Shown: one piece after another, positions 24,205-37,240 of the stretch
Layout: every line of letters begins with the position of its first letter
Numbering within the stretch: position 1 is the stretch's first letter
Source of the DNA: Squalus acanthias
Lineage: Eukaryota
Assembly: GCA_030390025.1 (NCBI GenBank)
Contig: CM059431.1
Coordinates: forward strand, 158,536,001 to 158,600,000
Length of the DNA stretch: 64,000 nucleotides
Direction: 5' to 3'
Position numbers and translations under genes: made by a program
The notes under the pieces: model-generated
Databases searched by the model: none
Seen by the model: only the letters and a program-made list of their open reading frames with translations
Told to the model about the DNA's origin: nothing

Positions 24205-26940
24205 TCATTGCTGAGGGGGTGGGGCTGGGTCGGTGGGTAGACGGGCTGGGTCGGTGTTGGGGCGGGGTTGGATTTTTGAGAGGGCGGGGCTGGGTCGGTG
24301 GGGGGGCAGGGATTGTTTTCTGAGGGGGCGGGCCTGGTCGGTGGGTAGAAGCATCTGAGTCGGTTGGGCGTGGAGATGGATAACTGTGGTGTCGGTGAGT
24401 AGACGGGACTGGGTCGGTGGTGGGTGGGGATGGATGGCTGAGGGGTAGGTTGGGGCGTCAGTGGGGAATCGGACTCAGTCGGTGGGGGGCGGGGCTGTGT
24501 CGTTGCGGGGTGGGGATTGATTGCTGATGGATCCGGACTGGGTCGGTGGGGGTTGGGGTTGGATTGCTAAGGAGGTGTGGCTGGTTCGGTGCGGGGGCGG
24601 GGTTGTGTCGGTGGGTGTTGGGGATGGATTGCTGAGGGGGCGGGGCTAGGTCGGTGGGTTGCAGGGTTGGATTGCTGAGGAGGCGTGATTGGTTCGGTGG
24701 GGGGTGGGGGAGGATTGCTGAAGGGGCGGGGCTGGTTTCGGTGTGGGGCCGTGGTTTGTTTTGCTCAGGGGGCGAGCCTGGGTCTTTTGGGGGGGCGGGG
24801 CTGGGTCGGTAGGTGTTGGGAAGGATTGCTCAGGTGGTGGGGCTGGGTCATAAGGGGGCGGGGCTGGGTCGGTGGGGCGTGTGGATGAATTGCTGACGGA
24901 GTGGGGCTGGGTGGGGATGGATTGCTTAGTGGGCATGTCTGGATCGGTGAGGTGGGGCGTGGTAGGTGGGGGGGCAGATTGTTCATTGGGGGTGGTGATA
25001 GATTACTGCGGGGGCGGGCTGGGTCGGTGGGGCGTGGTGATGAATTACTGAGGGGGCAATCATGTGTCGGTGAGGTCCCGGGGCTGGGTCATTATGGGGT
25101 GTGGATGGATTGCGGAGGGGGCGGGGCTGGGTCCTTGGGGGGGTGGGGCGGCATTGCTTAGTGGGTGGGTCTGGATCGGTGAGTGGCGGCTGGGTAGGTG
25201 AGGGGGTGGATGAGTCAGTGTGGTGTGGGGATGGATTGCTGAGGGGGCATTGCAGGGTTGGTGGGGTGTGGGGATGAGTTGCTGAGGGGGCAAGGCTGCG
25301 TCGGTGGGGGTGGTGATGGTTTGCAGAGGGGGCGAGTCTATGTCTGTGGGGGGCGGGGCTGGGGCGCTGGGGGGCAGGAATGGATTGCTGAGGGGGCGGG
25401 GCTTTGTCGGTATGGGAGGCGGGGCTGTGTTGGTTGGTGATGTGGATGGGTTGCTGACGGGGTTGGGCTGCTACGGTAGGTGACGGGGTTCGGTCGGGAG
25501 TGGGTGGGGAGTGTTTGCCCGCAGTGCGTCTGTGTCGGCGGGGGGGCGCGGATGGGTCGGAGGGAGGAGGGAATGGAAGCGCTGAGGGGCGGGGCTGTGT
25601 CGTGGAGTAGACGGGGATGGTTCGGTGGGGTTTGGGGATGGATTTCTGAGGGGGCAGTGCTGGGTCGGTTGGGGAGCGTGGCTGGGTCGGTGGGGGTGGG
25701 AATGGATAGCTGAGAGGGCATGGCTGGGTCAGTGAGGGGGCGGGTCTGGTTCGTTGGGGCTTTGGGATGGATTGCGGAAGTGGCGGGCCTGGGTCGTTGG
25801 GGGGACGGGGCTGGAACGGTGGGGGATGTGGATGGGTTATTGAGGGTCCGGGGCTGGGTCGGTGAGGGGGCAGGGCTGGGTCGGTGGGTGGTGTGGATGG
25901 GTTGCTGAGGTGGTCGGGCTGGGACAGTGAGGGGGGGTGCTGGGTCGGCGCAGTGTAGGGAGGCATTGCTTAGTGGGTGTGTCTCGATCGGTGACGGGGT
26001 GCTGGGTAGGTGAGGGGTGCGGATGTCAGTGGGGGTGGTGATGGATTACTAAGGGGGTGGGGCTAGGTCGGGTGGGTGTGGGGATGATTTGCTGAGGAGG
26101 CGGGGCTGGGTGGGTTGGGGCGGGGATGGTTTGCAGAGAGGGCGGGGATCGGTCTGTGGGGGAGCGGGGCTGGGGCAGTTGGGGGTGGGAATGGATTGCT
26201 GAGGGGGTGGGTCTTTGTCGGTGTGGGAGGCAGGCTGTGTCGGTGGGTGGTATGGATGGGTTGCTGTCGGGGCGGGGCTGGTACGGTAGGGGGCGGGGCT
26301 GGATCTGGGGAGGTGGGCAGAGTTTGCCCATTGTGCGTCTGTGTCAGTGGGGGGGCGGGGATAGGTTGGTGGGGGGAGTGAATGGAATCGCTGAGGGGGC
26401 GGGGCTGTGTCGTGGAGTAGACGGGAATGGTTCGGTGAGGCTTGGTGTTGGATTTCTGAGCAGGCGGTGCTGGGTCGGTGGGGGGCGGGGCTGGGTCGGT
26501 GGGGGGTGGGGATGGATTTCTGAGGGGGCGGTGCTCGGTCTGTGGGTAGACGGGGCTGGATCGGTGGGTGTTGGGGTTGAATTGCTGAGGGGGCGGGGCT
26601 GGGTTGGTGGGTTGTGCGGATCGATTGCTGAGGGGGCGGGGCTGAGTCGGTGGTGTGGCGTGTGTGTTTCGGGCGGGGGCTGGGATGGATTGCTGAGGTT
26701 GAGAGGCTGGTTCGGTTGGTAGACGGGGTTGGGTTGGTGGGGGTGTTGCAATGAATTGCTCAGGGGGCGAGGCTGGGTCGGTGGGAAGACGGGGCTGCGT
26801 TGGTGGGGGTTGGGGATGATTTGATGAGGTTGCGGAGCTGAGTCGGTTGGGTGGCTGGGTCGGTTGGAGGTGGGGATGGATTGCATGATGGGCGGGGCTA
26901 GTTCGCAGTGTAGACGGGGCTGGGTCGGTCGGGGTTGGGG
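24205..26940 (+). repeat. Second degenerate G-rich satellite block (same motif as 10750-12180)
   Basis: GGATTGCTGAGGGGGCGGGGCTGGGTCGGTGGG repeats with a higher-order internal duplication. Confidence 0.92.
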
Positions 26941-26959
26941 AAGGTTCACTGGAGTGGCA

Positions 26960-27130
26960 GTGTTATTCTGGTTCAGTGGTTTGTGGGGTCTTTATCAGTG
27001 GTGTGCGGGGCTTGGTCAGGGGGTGTGGGGCTTGGTCAGTGGGGTGTGGGGCTGTGTCAGTGGGGTGTGGGTTGGCTAGTGGGGCTTGGTGTTGGATCAG
27101 TGGGGTTTCGATGTTTGGCTGTGTCAGTGG
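26960..27130 (+). repeat. Short tract related to the 27-bp G-rich minisatellite
   Basis: GGGGCT(T)GGTCAGTGGGGTGT units. Confidence 0.8.
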
Positions 27131-27618
27131 GAAGGATGAACAAAAGCACTTGAACTGCAAAGGGTCAATGACAGGGCAAGCTCGTGGTTACCGAACCTCA
27201 CTGCAAAGAAAAGATGTATTTGAGGGTATGCTAGTTAAACAAGAGGAAGAATGGAATTGGAAGATTCTGCTGATAGGGTTAGATAAAGAGCGATGAGAGG
27301 AGTTTCATGTGGAGTATAAACACAGGCATGGACCAGTTGAGACGAATGGACTGTTTCTGAGCTGTACATTCTATGTAATTCTCTGTATTAAAAAAGGAAA
27401 GTGACGGCGCTGCATTTTCTGAAGCAGTTTTGTGAAAGGAGAATTTCGGAAGCTTTGCTCTAATTCTGAAACCTGCGACAAACAAACCCCTCCGCTGGAA
27501 CTGGGAGATTCCAGTCACACAGCCAGGGCACGTGGAATGTTTTGTAAAAGTACAATTATTTTAACAATGGCTGTACCATTAAACGCCAAATGAGACTCGT
27601 GTATTTCCGAGGAGAGTT

Positions 27619-28754
27619 CAAGAACGTGAAAGCCCATGGGATCCAGGGAAACTTGGCACGTTGGATCCAAAAATTGGCTTCGTGGCAGGAGGCAGAGGGT
27701 GATGGTCGAATGTGGTTTTTGTGACTGGAAGCCTGTGTCCAGTGGTGTACAGCAGTGATCGGTGCTGGGTCCATTGCTGTTTGTACTGTAACATTAATGA
27801 TTTATATATGAATGTAGGAGGTATGATCAGTAAGTTTGCAGATGACACGAAAATTGGTGGCGTGGTAAATAGCGAGGAGGGAAGCCTCAGCCTACAGGAC
27901 GATATAGACGGGTCGGTTAGAGGGGCAGAACAGTGGCAAATGGAATTTAACCCAGAAAATTGTGAGGTGATGCATTTTGGGAGGACTAACATGGCAAGGG
28001 AATACACAATGAATGGTACGACCCTAGGAAGAACAGAGGATCAGAGGGACCTTGGTGTGCGTGTTCACAGATCCCTGAAGGCAGCAGAAAAGGTAGATGA
28101 GGTGGTTAAAAATGCATATGGTATACTTGACTTTATTAACCGAGGCTTAGAATATAAGAGCAGGGAGGTTATGATGGAGCTTTACAAAACGCTAGTTAGG
28201 CCACAGCTGGAATACTGTATGCAGTTCTGGTCGCCACACTATAGCAAGGATGTGATTCCATTGGAGAGGGTGCAGAGGAGATTCACCAGGATGTTACCTG
28301 AGCTGCAGTGCTTCAGCTATGAAGAGAGACTGGACAGGCTGGGGTTGTTTTCCTTAGAGCAGAGAAGGCTGAGGGTGGACCTGATTGAGGTGTATAAAAT
28401 ACTGAGGGGCATATATAGGGTTGATTGAAAGGAACTGTTCCCCTTAGTAGAGGGTCAATAACTAGGGGGCATAGTTTCAAAGTAAGGTGCAGGAGGTTTA
28501 GAAGGGATTTGATTAAAAAAAAATTTCACCCAGAGGGTTGTTGGAATCTGGAACTCACTGCCTGAAAGGATGGCAAACGGAGGAACCCTCACAGCATTCA
28601 AGAAGCATTTAGATGAGCACTTGAAACGCCATAGCTTACAAGGCTACGGACCAAGTTCTGACAAATGGGATTAAAATAGACAGGGCTTGATGGCCGCACG
28701 GACACGATGGGCCGAAGGGCCTCTTTCTGTGCTGAATAACTCTATGACTCTGTT
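27619..28754 (+). mobile_element. 5'-truncated CR1 LINE
   Basis: SKFADDTKIGG, LVRPQLEYC; tail aactctatgactct; candidate TSD AGAGTT at 27613-27618 and 28755-28760. Confidence 0.9.
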
Positions 28755-28819
28755 AGAGTTTGATCCAAGAGATGCACACAGTTTGCCACGTGGTTGTAGA
28801 GGTAGACAAGTGTATCTCC

Positions 28820-29730
28820 ATCTCCAGCCTCCCTTTCCCCTCAATGTTTTGTCGCCTCACGTCACGAACCTCTGCCCTGCTTTCTCACAACTTCATGTTT
28901 GAATCTCTCCAATCGGGTTTCCGCTCCTGACACAGCACTGAAATGACAATCATCAAAGTCACAAATGAAACGTTCTCTGACTCCGAAAGTGGTAAATTAT
29001 CCTCCCTCATTTTTCTTGACCACTGCAGCCTTTACACGGTCCAGCACAACATCCTCCACCGCCTCTCCTCCGTTGTCCAGCTCAGTGGGACTGCCCTCGC
29101 TTGGCTCCACTTTTACCCATCCATTCGTACCCAGAGAATATTCATCAAGGGCTTCTCTTCCCTCTCCCGCACTGTTACCCTGGAGTCCCCCATAGATCCA
29201 CTCACACCCGCTCCTATTTCTCATCTACATGATGCCCATTGGAGACATTATCCGAAGATAAGTGGTCAGCTTTCACATGTACGCCAACAATTCTCTGCTC
29301 CACCTCTCCACCACCTCTCCCGTCATCTCAAATGAATCTGCTTTCTCACACTGTTTGTCCGACAGCCAGTCTGAGATATGCTACACGTTTCTCCTACTCA
29401 TCTACAATTCCCTTTACGGTCTCGAGCGTCTTAACTCTACAGTCTTCTTCAGAAAACCTCTTTTATTTCTTGGCCATCCTCTCCTTTTGCTGTGTTCCGC
29501 AGATTATTGGTTCCTCTGCTCCGGTCTTCAACAAAGTCGACAGCACCACTGGCTGGACTCCGTTGCTATGGCCCTCCACACTTTAATTCTTACTTATTTA
29601 AACAACCTCCACATGTTGCAAGATCTATGTCGTTTCGCTTAACTCTACGAAAAAGAGGCAGCTTTAACTCTAAATTCCTGCTCTGTGAGGCGCCATTGGC
29701 CGCCTCACTGCTTGAAAGGCTCTAAGGAAA
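28820..29730 (+). mobile_element. Degraded L2 LINE fragments
   Basis: GFR..HSTE...KVTN and SGTALAW-like RT segments; L2-type 3' end near 29680-29730. Confidence 0.65.
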
Positions 29731-29816
29731 GGCTGCTGCTCTAAAAGTTAGTTCAAATTATTCACTGCTCACCGCAAACATAGTATTGTAACCTGTTCTC
29801 ATTTACACTTTTACAG

Positions 29817-29986
29817 AAAATTCAGATACTAAAATATTACTAATGTTGGCGAGCTGCACGGATATCCAGCTTGGAAGAATTATCGAATGCTACCGTCAGA
29901 GACTAGAACCGGCAATTGAAGAATTCGTGGAAGCTGTTAGTCAGTCGCTCTTGGATGCAAACGTGTTTACTGAATCAATACATAAG
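29817..29986 (+). CDS. Exon A1 of tandem death-fold/CARD-like module (NLR N-terminal-like)
   Basis: Acceptor ttttacag, donor AAG|gtatgc, 170 nt, phase 1 to 0; ENSDTKILLMLASCTDIQLGRIIECYRQRLEPAIEEFVEAVSQSLLDANVFTESIHK, open. Confidence 0.8.
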
Positions 29987-32430
29987 GTATGCTACATATA
30001 TGTTGGAATTGTCCAAATGGCCTCCTAAATTTGAGACGGGTTGGTGGTAGATTGTTCAAGTCGGTCTGGAACGGCATGTCTTTGCTGTTGTAACGGTTGT
30101 ATTCTCTGGCGACAGAATATTCCCCGCGTAGGTGTGATGTTGCGAGGACTTGATAGCCATGGGGTGGATGATAACAGCCTTCTCACGGCCCACCCTTTTA
30201 CGTGCTCTTAGATTACTAGTAATGTCGTCTCAAAGGACACATAACTTGTCGTTTTTAATGCATTAATTAATAAGAGAGCAGCATCTCATGGTATAACCAT
30301 GAGTTCATCGTGGAAGAATCCTCGACCCAAATATCGCCAGCTGCTTCATCAATTAACTTCCCTCATAAGGTCAGAATTTGGGCTGTACGCTGATGATTGC
30401 AGTGTTCAATTCCATTCCCAATTCCTCAGGTAACTAAGCAGTCCATGCCCGTATGCTACAAGAACTGGTCAACATGCCAGTTTTGGTGGATAATTGGCAA
30501 GTAACATTTGTGCCGCATAAGTGACAGGCAATAACCATCTGCAGAAAGAGACTCTCTAATCAACTGATAATTCACTGACAAACGTCTTGCAGTTAAGGTA
30601 ATTACCTTGGCCGTATTTCTGCTGGGATTCGGGTTACTGTTGTTTCTGTAATCGGACATAAATGGCATCCTATCTATTGAGCAATTAATCAAAATTTCAG
30701 GATTGCAAGGAACACGCCAAGACACATTGTAATGAATAATTGAATAAAACACCAGTAGCAGCGCAAGCATCACGCGTCCTCGGCACAGTCCCAATGGAAA
30801 TCCTGGACCTGGACAAAAAGTGTAATAGCCACATATAAATAATCTCAGGTGAAGAAATTAATTGACAAAACAAAATAAACTGTCGATCACGGCCAAGAGT
30901 TTCTTTCCATTCTTTATTGAAGCAATCCATTAAATTATACGATTCGTTTGAGTAACTGTCGGTGGCACGAATTTCTAGAACTTTCTACTGAACATATCCA
31001 AGTCGTTGCCTCCAGTTCTCTTTTGCTTCCAACTCCACTGCATACCTGCTACTCCCTGCATTTCTATCATCTTCCCTTTCACAGTTATTACTTTTAATTT
31101 ACAAGCTCACACAATCTGCATTATTCCACGTATCGCCAAGCACTTCACAAAATTCATCCAGCCCATGGTTTACGCAACCTTCTGCCTTGAGTCCAGGACA
31201 GCTCAGGTCATGCCCCATTTTCGGCACAATGTTCAGAGACATCAACAATACCAGCCTCATATTTCAAGTTTCCCATAATGTCCCATTTACATTTACAGGA
31301 ACCTAACCAATTTCAACAAAGCACAAATACACTAGCCCACATACATTGCGACGGAAATTACAGACAAATCCGTCGGGAAGTAATAGGAAGGTACCAATTT
31401 GGAAATGATTGCGATTTACTTGATATCAAAAAGCGTGCAACACATCCAAGTACTGTTTTGACGTGCATAGGAAACGTAATAAAAATGAGATTTTAGAATT
31501 GAATGTAGGGAGTGCATGGTTAATTATATAAAAGTAATCAAGGAAGCGTAGTTGATAACGAGCAGAAGGTAAAACGTTGTCAGTTTAAGAATTTGGTGAT
31601 TGGCAGGTGGCAGAATTCGAGACAGTGATCACATTTCATAAACACTTCAAATAAAGTAGTAATTCATAAGACAGGGTTGCTCAAATATAGAAAGGCAATG
31701 GTTCATATCGATGATGAATGATTGACTGATAAGCATTTGCTACTGTTTCGATGAACGATATTTGGAATAAACAAATGTCTCATTGCAGTCAATGGTAATG
31801 AAATTCGGACGCATGTTTAATGGGGCGCCCATTCGCTATCAGTAACTTTCCTGCGACTGGCCGATTCCAATTTCATCCGCATTGTTTTTCAATCTGTGCA
31901 ATTTGAGTTGCAGAAAGCAAGTGATGAGCTTTCCAAAATATTACTGTAACTAACAACCAATAATAATGCTTGATTGGACGAATCATATTCTTGCAATCGG
32001 AAGTTATTCCCTTTTCTGTCACTTCATTCTTATTTCATCTATCAGTTGAGAATATCCAGTTTCCCTCGGTAACTCAAAGCTGGTCCGCTCTATGTCTCCA
32101 AATTCCTCCAGGCCTTCAACCCCCCGTGATCTCTGTGCTCATCCAATTCTGGCCTTTTGCGAATCCCCGATTTTCTGCACGCCACAATTGGTAGCCGTGC
32201 CTTGAGCTTTCTCGGCCCGAAGATCTGGAAATCACTTCCTAATCCTCTGCGGCTCTCTGCCATTATCTCCTTCTTTAAGGCGCTCCTTAATACTTAGCTC
32301 GTAGACGAAGATTTTTTTCACCGTATTGTTAGCATTTCTGTACGTTCCTCTCATAAAGAGTGGGAGAAAAAAAAACAGACGCTTCTTGTCTAAATTACTT
32401 GATTGAATATGATTGCAATATATTTTTTAG

Positions 32431-32602
32431 GAAATCAGAACACTTGCTGAAAGTCAGCGCAGAAATGATGCTTCCCAACTCATTTTCGATACTGTGCTGG
32501 AAAAGGGAGCTCGGGGAGAAAGAACAATCTGGAACATATTTCTTCAACTGCAGAATTCAAAACCCACCGTGAAAGCGACATTGCTAAAGATACAGAAGAG
32601 AG
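32431..32602 (+). CDS. Exon B1 of the module
   Basis: Acceptor ttttttag, donor AGAG|gtacag, 172 nt, phase 0 to 1; EIRTLAESQRRNDASQLIFDTVLEKGARGERTIWNIFLQLQNSKPTVKATLLKIQKR, open. Confidence 0.8.
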
Positions 32603-32628
32603 GTACAGGGCTAGAAAATGATCTAGAA

Positions 32629-32889
32629 CATAGAACATAGAAACATAGAACAGTACAGCACAGTCCAGGCCCTTCGGCCCTCGATGTTGTGCCGAGCATT
32701 GTCCGAAACCAAGATCAAGCTATCCCACTCCCTATCATTCTGGTGTGCTCCATGTGCTTATCCAATAACCGCTTGAAAGTTACTAAAGTGTCCGACTCCA
32801 CTATCACAGCAGGCAGTCCATTCCACACCCCAACCACTCTCTGAGTAAAGAATCTACCTCGGACATCCCTTCTATATCTCACCCCATGC
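32629..32889 (-). mobile_element. Short CR1 3'-end insertion specific to unit 1
   Basis: TSD ATCTAGAA (32621-32628, 32890-32897); (AACATAG)n tail; absent from the other units. Confidence 0.88.
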
Positions 32890-32990
32890 ATCTAGAAGGT
32901 AGGTGGCGTCCAATTCGAATTGCAAAAGATCTTGTTTAATTTCAGAGTAACAGAGTTCATTGATTAAGCTGAGGAAGCTTTTTAAAGTTA

Positions 32991-33754
32991 TTGGCCCTGA
33001 AATTAGCCTCTCCAGCTTGCTGTGGGGGTAAGGATCACGCGCGCACTTACCTACCGCGCCTGCCGTTGACCTCTGGGCCCACAGGAACATCAGCTCCTGG
33101 GCCTGCTCCAAGTGCCGGCAAGCAGTGCTTGCGTGTCCCAGGTGCGCAGTTAGTGCGCTGCGTCCCTTGGGATCACGTGGTCTATGATGAGCAAATGGCA
33201 GCAGACCATCTTCCATTCATAAATTTGACAGGAAGACCTGTCAAATCTATGAATTGAAATCGGACCCAAAAGAACTGCTAAACGAAAATATTTTTTTAAT
33301 AAAACATCACATTTATAAAATAGCTATAAGTTAAATAAATTAACAACATTATACAAAAATTTAATTTTTTTAAAAAATTAAAATAATTTTTAACAGTGCT
33401 AAAAATAAACTTACCTTTCTTTAAAGTATCTAAAAAAGATAAACCTGTTGAAATGTTTTTAAATTATAATTAATTAACTACTTACCTTGTTGAAAACGGG
33501 TCCAGCGACTCCTTTTTAAAAGCGCATGTTCTTCAATACTTATCCTCCGGTAGAAACCTGAAAAAACGCTAAGTTTGCTGCGTGTGCGCAGCCTCTACCG
33601 CGCACGCGTTTCACCTTTGAACCGCTCCCTTCACCAGACCGGAAGTTATGTTTCCCGCGCATGCGCAGTGCATGTAGGAAACCGGCACTTCAGGACGCCT
33701 TAAGGCTAAGTGCACAGTGCGTTCTCACCCGCAAGGCCGATTTTTTTGTCCCAA
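32991..33754. mobile_element. Non-autonomous DNA transposon (MITE-like, Harbinger-style ends) specific to unit 1
   Basis: Empty site aaagttatgtccg in unit 3 (~54818-54830); imperfect inverted ends ttggccctgaaattagcc / ggccgatttttttgtcccaa. Confidence 0.7.
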
Positions 33755-33762
33755 TGTCCGTA

Positions 33763-34408
33763 AGGGTGAAATTCTAATTGAGCCGGGACACACAACATGC
33801 GGAATCGCATTTGCCGACAGTTACAACACACGCCCGATATTCAGTTCAATTCAAGTGTATTCGGGCGCAATATATAACACGTGATGGATGCGATACGGCC
33901 GAAATTACTTCTGCTGCCCGTTGTGCGCTCGGTCGGATATTCCCTTCCTTTGACTCCAATAGAACTGCAGAGGCTGCGCTGTGCCCTCCCAGAGGTGGCA
34001 ATCAGGGACATCTCTCAAATCAGGGAAACTGCTGAAATCTTCAGCTCTTCACAGTAATTGTGCTCTTAAATTCCCCATTATAAGGGATTGGGTGTAATTG
34101 GGTTTCAACAGCGTTTTGACTTCTACACAAATTTTTGTGCCTGAAAATCTAATTTTAACTTTGTGCAGTGTCAACTTTCTTCATTTTCTTACTCACTTCC
34201 TTGTTCGTTGCCTGTGAGAAATCTGAGTATTAATTATCTGCTTAGACAACCTGTCGACGTCACCGCATCTTGCACGAGAGGATCCCCATGATACTCCGTT
34301 GATTTGAATTTCAGTTCGTAAAACCTCAACTTCTCCACACTGTGATTGCGAGATCTTTTTGTAAATTAAACTTTGGGGCTAACAGCAAACGCCTTTGCTT
34401 CGTCGCTG
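33763..34408. mobile_element. Older MITE-like element shared by units 1-3 (copies ~48265-48957, ~54833-55523)
   Basis: gggtgaaatt...aaattccggg(c/a)c ends; CpG-rich; non-coding. Confidence 0.45.
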
Positions 34409-34446
34409 ACCTCAAATTCCGGATCATTATTTAATAGTGGTATCCT

Positions 34447-35731
34447 GGGAACGGTAGCATAGTGGCTAGTCATCCAGAGGCCTTTACTGATGATCCAGGG
34501 ACGTGAGTACTAAATCTCACCAGAGCAGTTGGGGAATTTAAATTTGTATAATTTAATGAATCTGGAATAAAAAGCTAGAATCTGCCGTCCTTACCTGGTC
34601 TGATCTATATGTAACTCCAGACCCACAGCAATGTAGTTGACTCTTAAGTGCCATCTGAAGTGGCATAGCAAGCCACTCAGTTGCTACGAAACACAATAAT
34701 AAGAATGAAACCACCATGCATCGAACTCGGCACCGGCTTCGGACATGGCAACGGCACTCCTAGCCCAATTCAACCTGCAAACCACCATCTGGGGACGGGT
34801 GGCAACATTTTGGAGCTGTCCCACAGGCTAGGCAAGCAAAAGCCTGACATAGTCATACTCACCGAATCATATATTTCAGTTAATGTCCCAAAATTCTCCA
34901 TCACCATCCCTGTGTGGAGGCACAGAGGTATACAGTATGCAAGGAGTGGCCCTGGTTGTCTTTAACATTGACTCCGGATTCCATGAAGTCTAATGGCTTC
35001 AGGTGAAGCATGCACGCAAGGAAACCTCCTGTTTATTACCACAGTCTGCCCTTCCTCCGTTGATGAATCAATATTCCTCCATGTTAAACACCACTTGTAA
35101 GAAGCACTGAGAGCAGCAAGGGCACATAATATTCGCTGATTGGGGGACTTCAATGTCCACAAAGAGTGACTCGGTAGCACCACTACTGACCGAGCTGGCC
35201 GAGTCCTGAAGGACATAGCTGCCAGTCTGGTCCTGCGAAAGGTGGTGTGAGATTCAGAACAATTCCAGCAGCTTAGAACTGGGCATCCATGAGGCGCTGT
35301 GGTCCATCAGCAGCAGCAGAATTGTATTACACCACAACCTGTAACCTCATGGCCCGGCATATCCCTCACTCTAAGATTACCATCAAGCCATCGTACCAAA
35401 CCTGGTACAATCAGGAGTGCAGAAGAGCATGAAAGGAGCAGCACCAGGACTAACTAAAAATGAGGTGCTAACCTGGGTAAGCTGCACCACATGCATGCTA
35501 AAAAGCGGAAGCAGCATGATATAGGGCGAAGTGATGCCACAAACAACGGATGAGATCAAAGCTCTGCAGCCCTGCCACATCCAGTCGTGAATGGAGGTGG
35601 ACCATTAAACATCAAACGGGAACAGAGAATATCCCCATCCTCAATGATGGTGGAGCCCAGTACGTGAGTACCAAAGACAAGGCTGAAGCGTTTTCAACCA
35701 TCGAGAGCCAGTGTGCTGAGTAGATGATCCA
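34447..35731 (+). mobile_element. tRNA-like head followed by the endonuclease region of a second CR1-group LINE, truncated by the ERV LTR (copies 48981-50308, 55548-56215)
   Basis: Box A TAGCATAGTGG, degenerate box B; then PDIVILTESY and GDFNVH endonuclease motifs. Confidence 0.75.
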
Positions 35732-36909
35732 CTCTTAATGATCTCTGAGTTCTTGGACAAGACACCAATAGGCAGTAGCCAGCGTGTTTGAGCAATAGAT
35801 CAAGATGTATTAAGCATACAGTTTAATATACTTAATATTAGGCGACAGTTTAACGAGTAGCTCGCAGCCATTGGCCTCTGGAACGTCTCGGAGACAGATG
35901 ACGTCGTCTTAAGTCTGTTCCTTTCTTCTCGCAGTAGGTCTGTGTAAAGCTGTTCTTTGAGTATCGCAGTTTTAACCCTTTTCTTATCAACAGTTCGTTT
36001 GGCCACTGTCCATATATGGTCTTTAACAAAATCACCTTTTATAATTGGTTCTAATGGTCTAAATACCATTGGCACTCAGACTAAGGGACTAGCCCGCCTT
36101 TCCAATATTTTTTCCACCAACTTTTCCACGTTCAGTGTTATCTAGTTTATAGTTTTTCACTCCATTAGAATTGACTTTATCTCTTTCGTTTGTAGATTCC
36201 CTGGTACAAGGCCTTTATAACATGGGCCCATATCAGCGCTCTTTCAATAGTCTTGAGTTACCCAGGAGTGATTATGGGTATTATTATTTGTTCAATGGCT
36301 ACACTTGAAGTTATACATATATGATTCTCGTCTACTAAATATCTCTAAATATCAGCCTTTTGTAGAAGTCCCCACATCGAGGATGAAATGTTTTAAACTT
36401 TGATTCCTCGACTGCTTCAATCTTTTCTCTGACTAGCGTTGCTGCAATTCAGAGTCCTCGAATTAAGGGGAACGCAGCGCTTCTCAAATGAGGTTTTATC
36501 CACCTTTTCATTATTGGTCTGGGTGCTAACTATAACACTCACAGGGGCCGACCGCCTATTCTCTTGGCTGGGAGAGATCCCGGGGTCTCCTCAACCATCA
36601 TGTCGGTCGTGCTGATATGTCTTGCCTTCTAGTGCATCCCACTCTATCCTTTCTCCACCGCCCGCTGCCCCTACTGCTGCATCATATGATCTGGCAGTAT
36701 CGGCCCTGATCTCACCCCTTACTCAAATTCAATTCACTGTTCCGGTGTTCAAATTCTGCCCCGTCTGGGGTATCCTCTGTTTCTTCTATCTTTCCTGATG
36801 TTACCCCGCCTGGGGTCTCCTCCACATTGGTTTGGATCTTCTCTTTCGGTGAGCTCAATTATTTTGTTGATGCTGGTTAGTCATAGGCATACAATTGACT
36901 TATGTATCA

Positions 36910-37240
36910 AAGTCTTACTACATACGTTACATATATGAAATACACTATCATTACAAGTTGGAGAACTACCAGAGCGTGTGAAATAAAATGAACCTAAGGG
37001 CGTGCTCATAAATGAAGCCCAATATCCCACCAGTGTGAGTTGTCCTCTATGCTGTCAATTTTCATGTCCATTCTAGAGTTGTCTTTCTCGAAAACATAAA
37101 AATACTTTAGGGAGTAGTTCACTCGCATCATGAGCTCACTGAAGCCTTTTGACAACAGCGGGATGTCGTATCTGAATTGTGCCACATAATTGTGCAGCTC
37201 ATCCTTAAAAACGTGTTGGGTGATGGGAAGGTCCTGTTAG
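36910..37240 (-). pseudogene. Envelope-like glycoprotein C-terminus (degraded)
   Basis: Manual translation: DELHNYVAQFRYDIPLLSKGFSELMMRVNYSLKYFYVFEKDNSRMDMKIDSIEDNSHWWDIGLHL*ARP*VHFISHALVVLQLVMIVYFIYVTYVVRL (heptad-like stretch, WW, TM helix). Confidence 0.5.

Noticed and set aside
24646..27160. 327-aa Pro-rich ORF and neighbours
   Set aside because: Same satellite artefact; no splice or domain support
34447..34530. tRNA gene (also ~48981, ~55548)
   Set aside because: Only decayed box A/B with no convincing cloverleaf; it is a retroposon head
35800..36075. Recurrent minus-strand ORFs (also 43919-44119, 50410-50610)
   Set aside because: Inside the LTR; lengths and stops not conserved between copies
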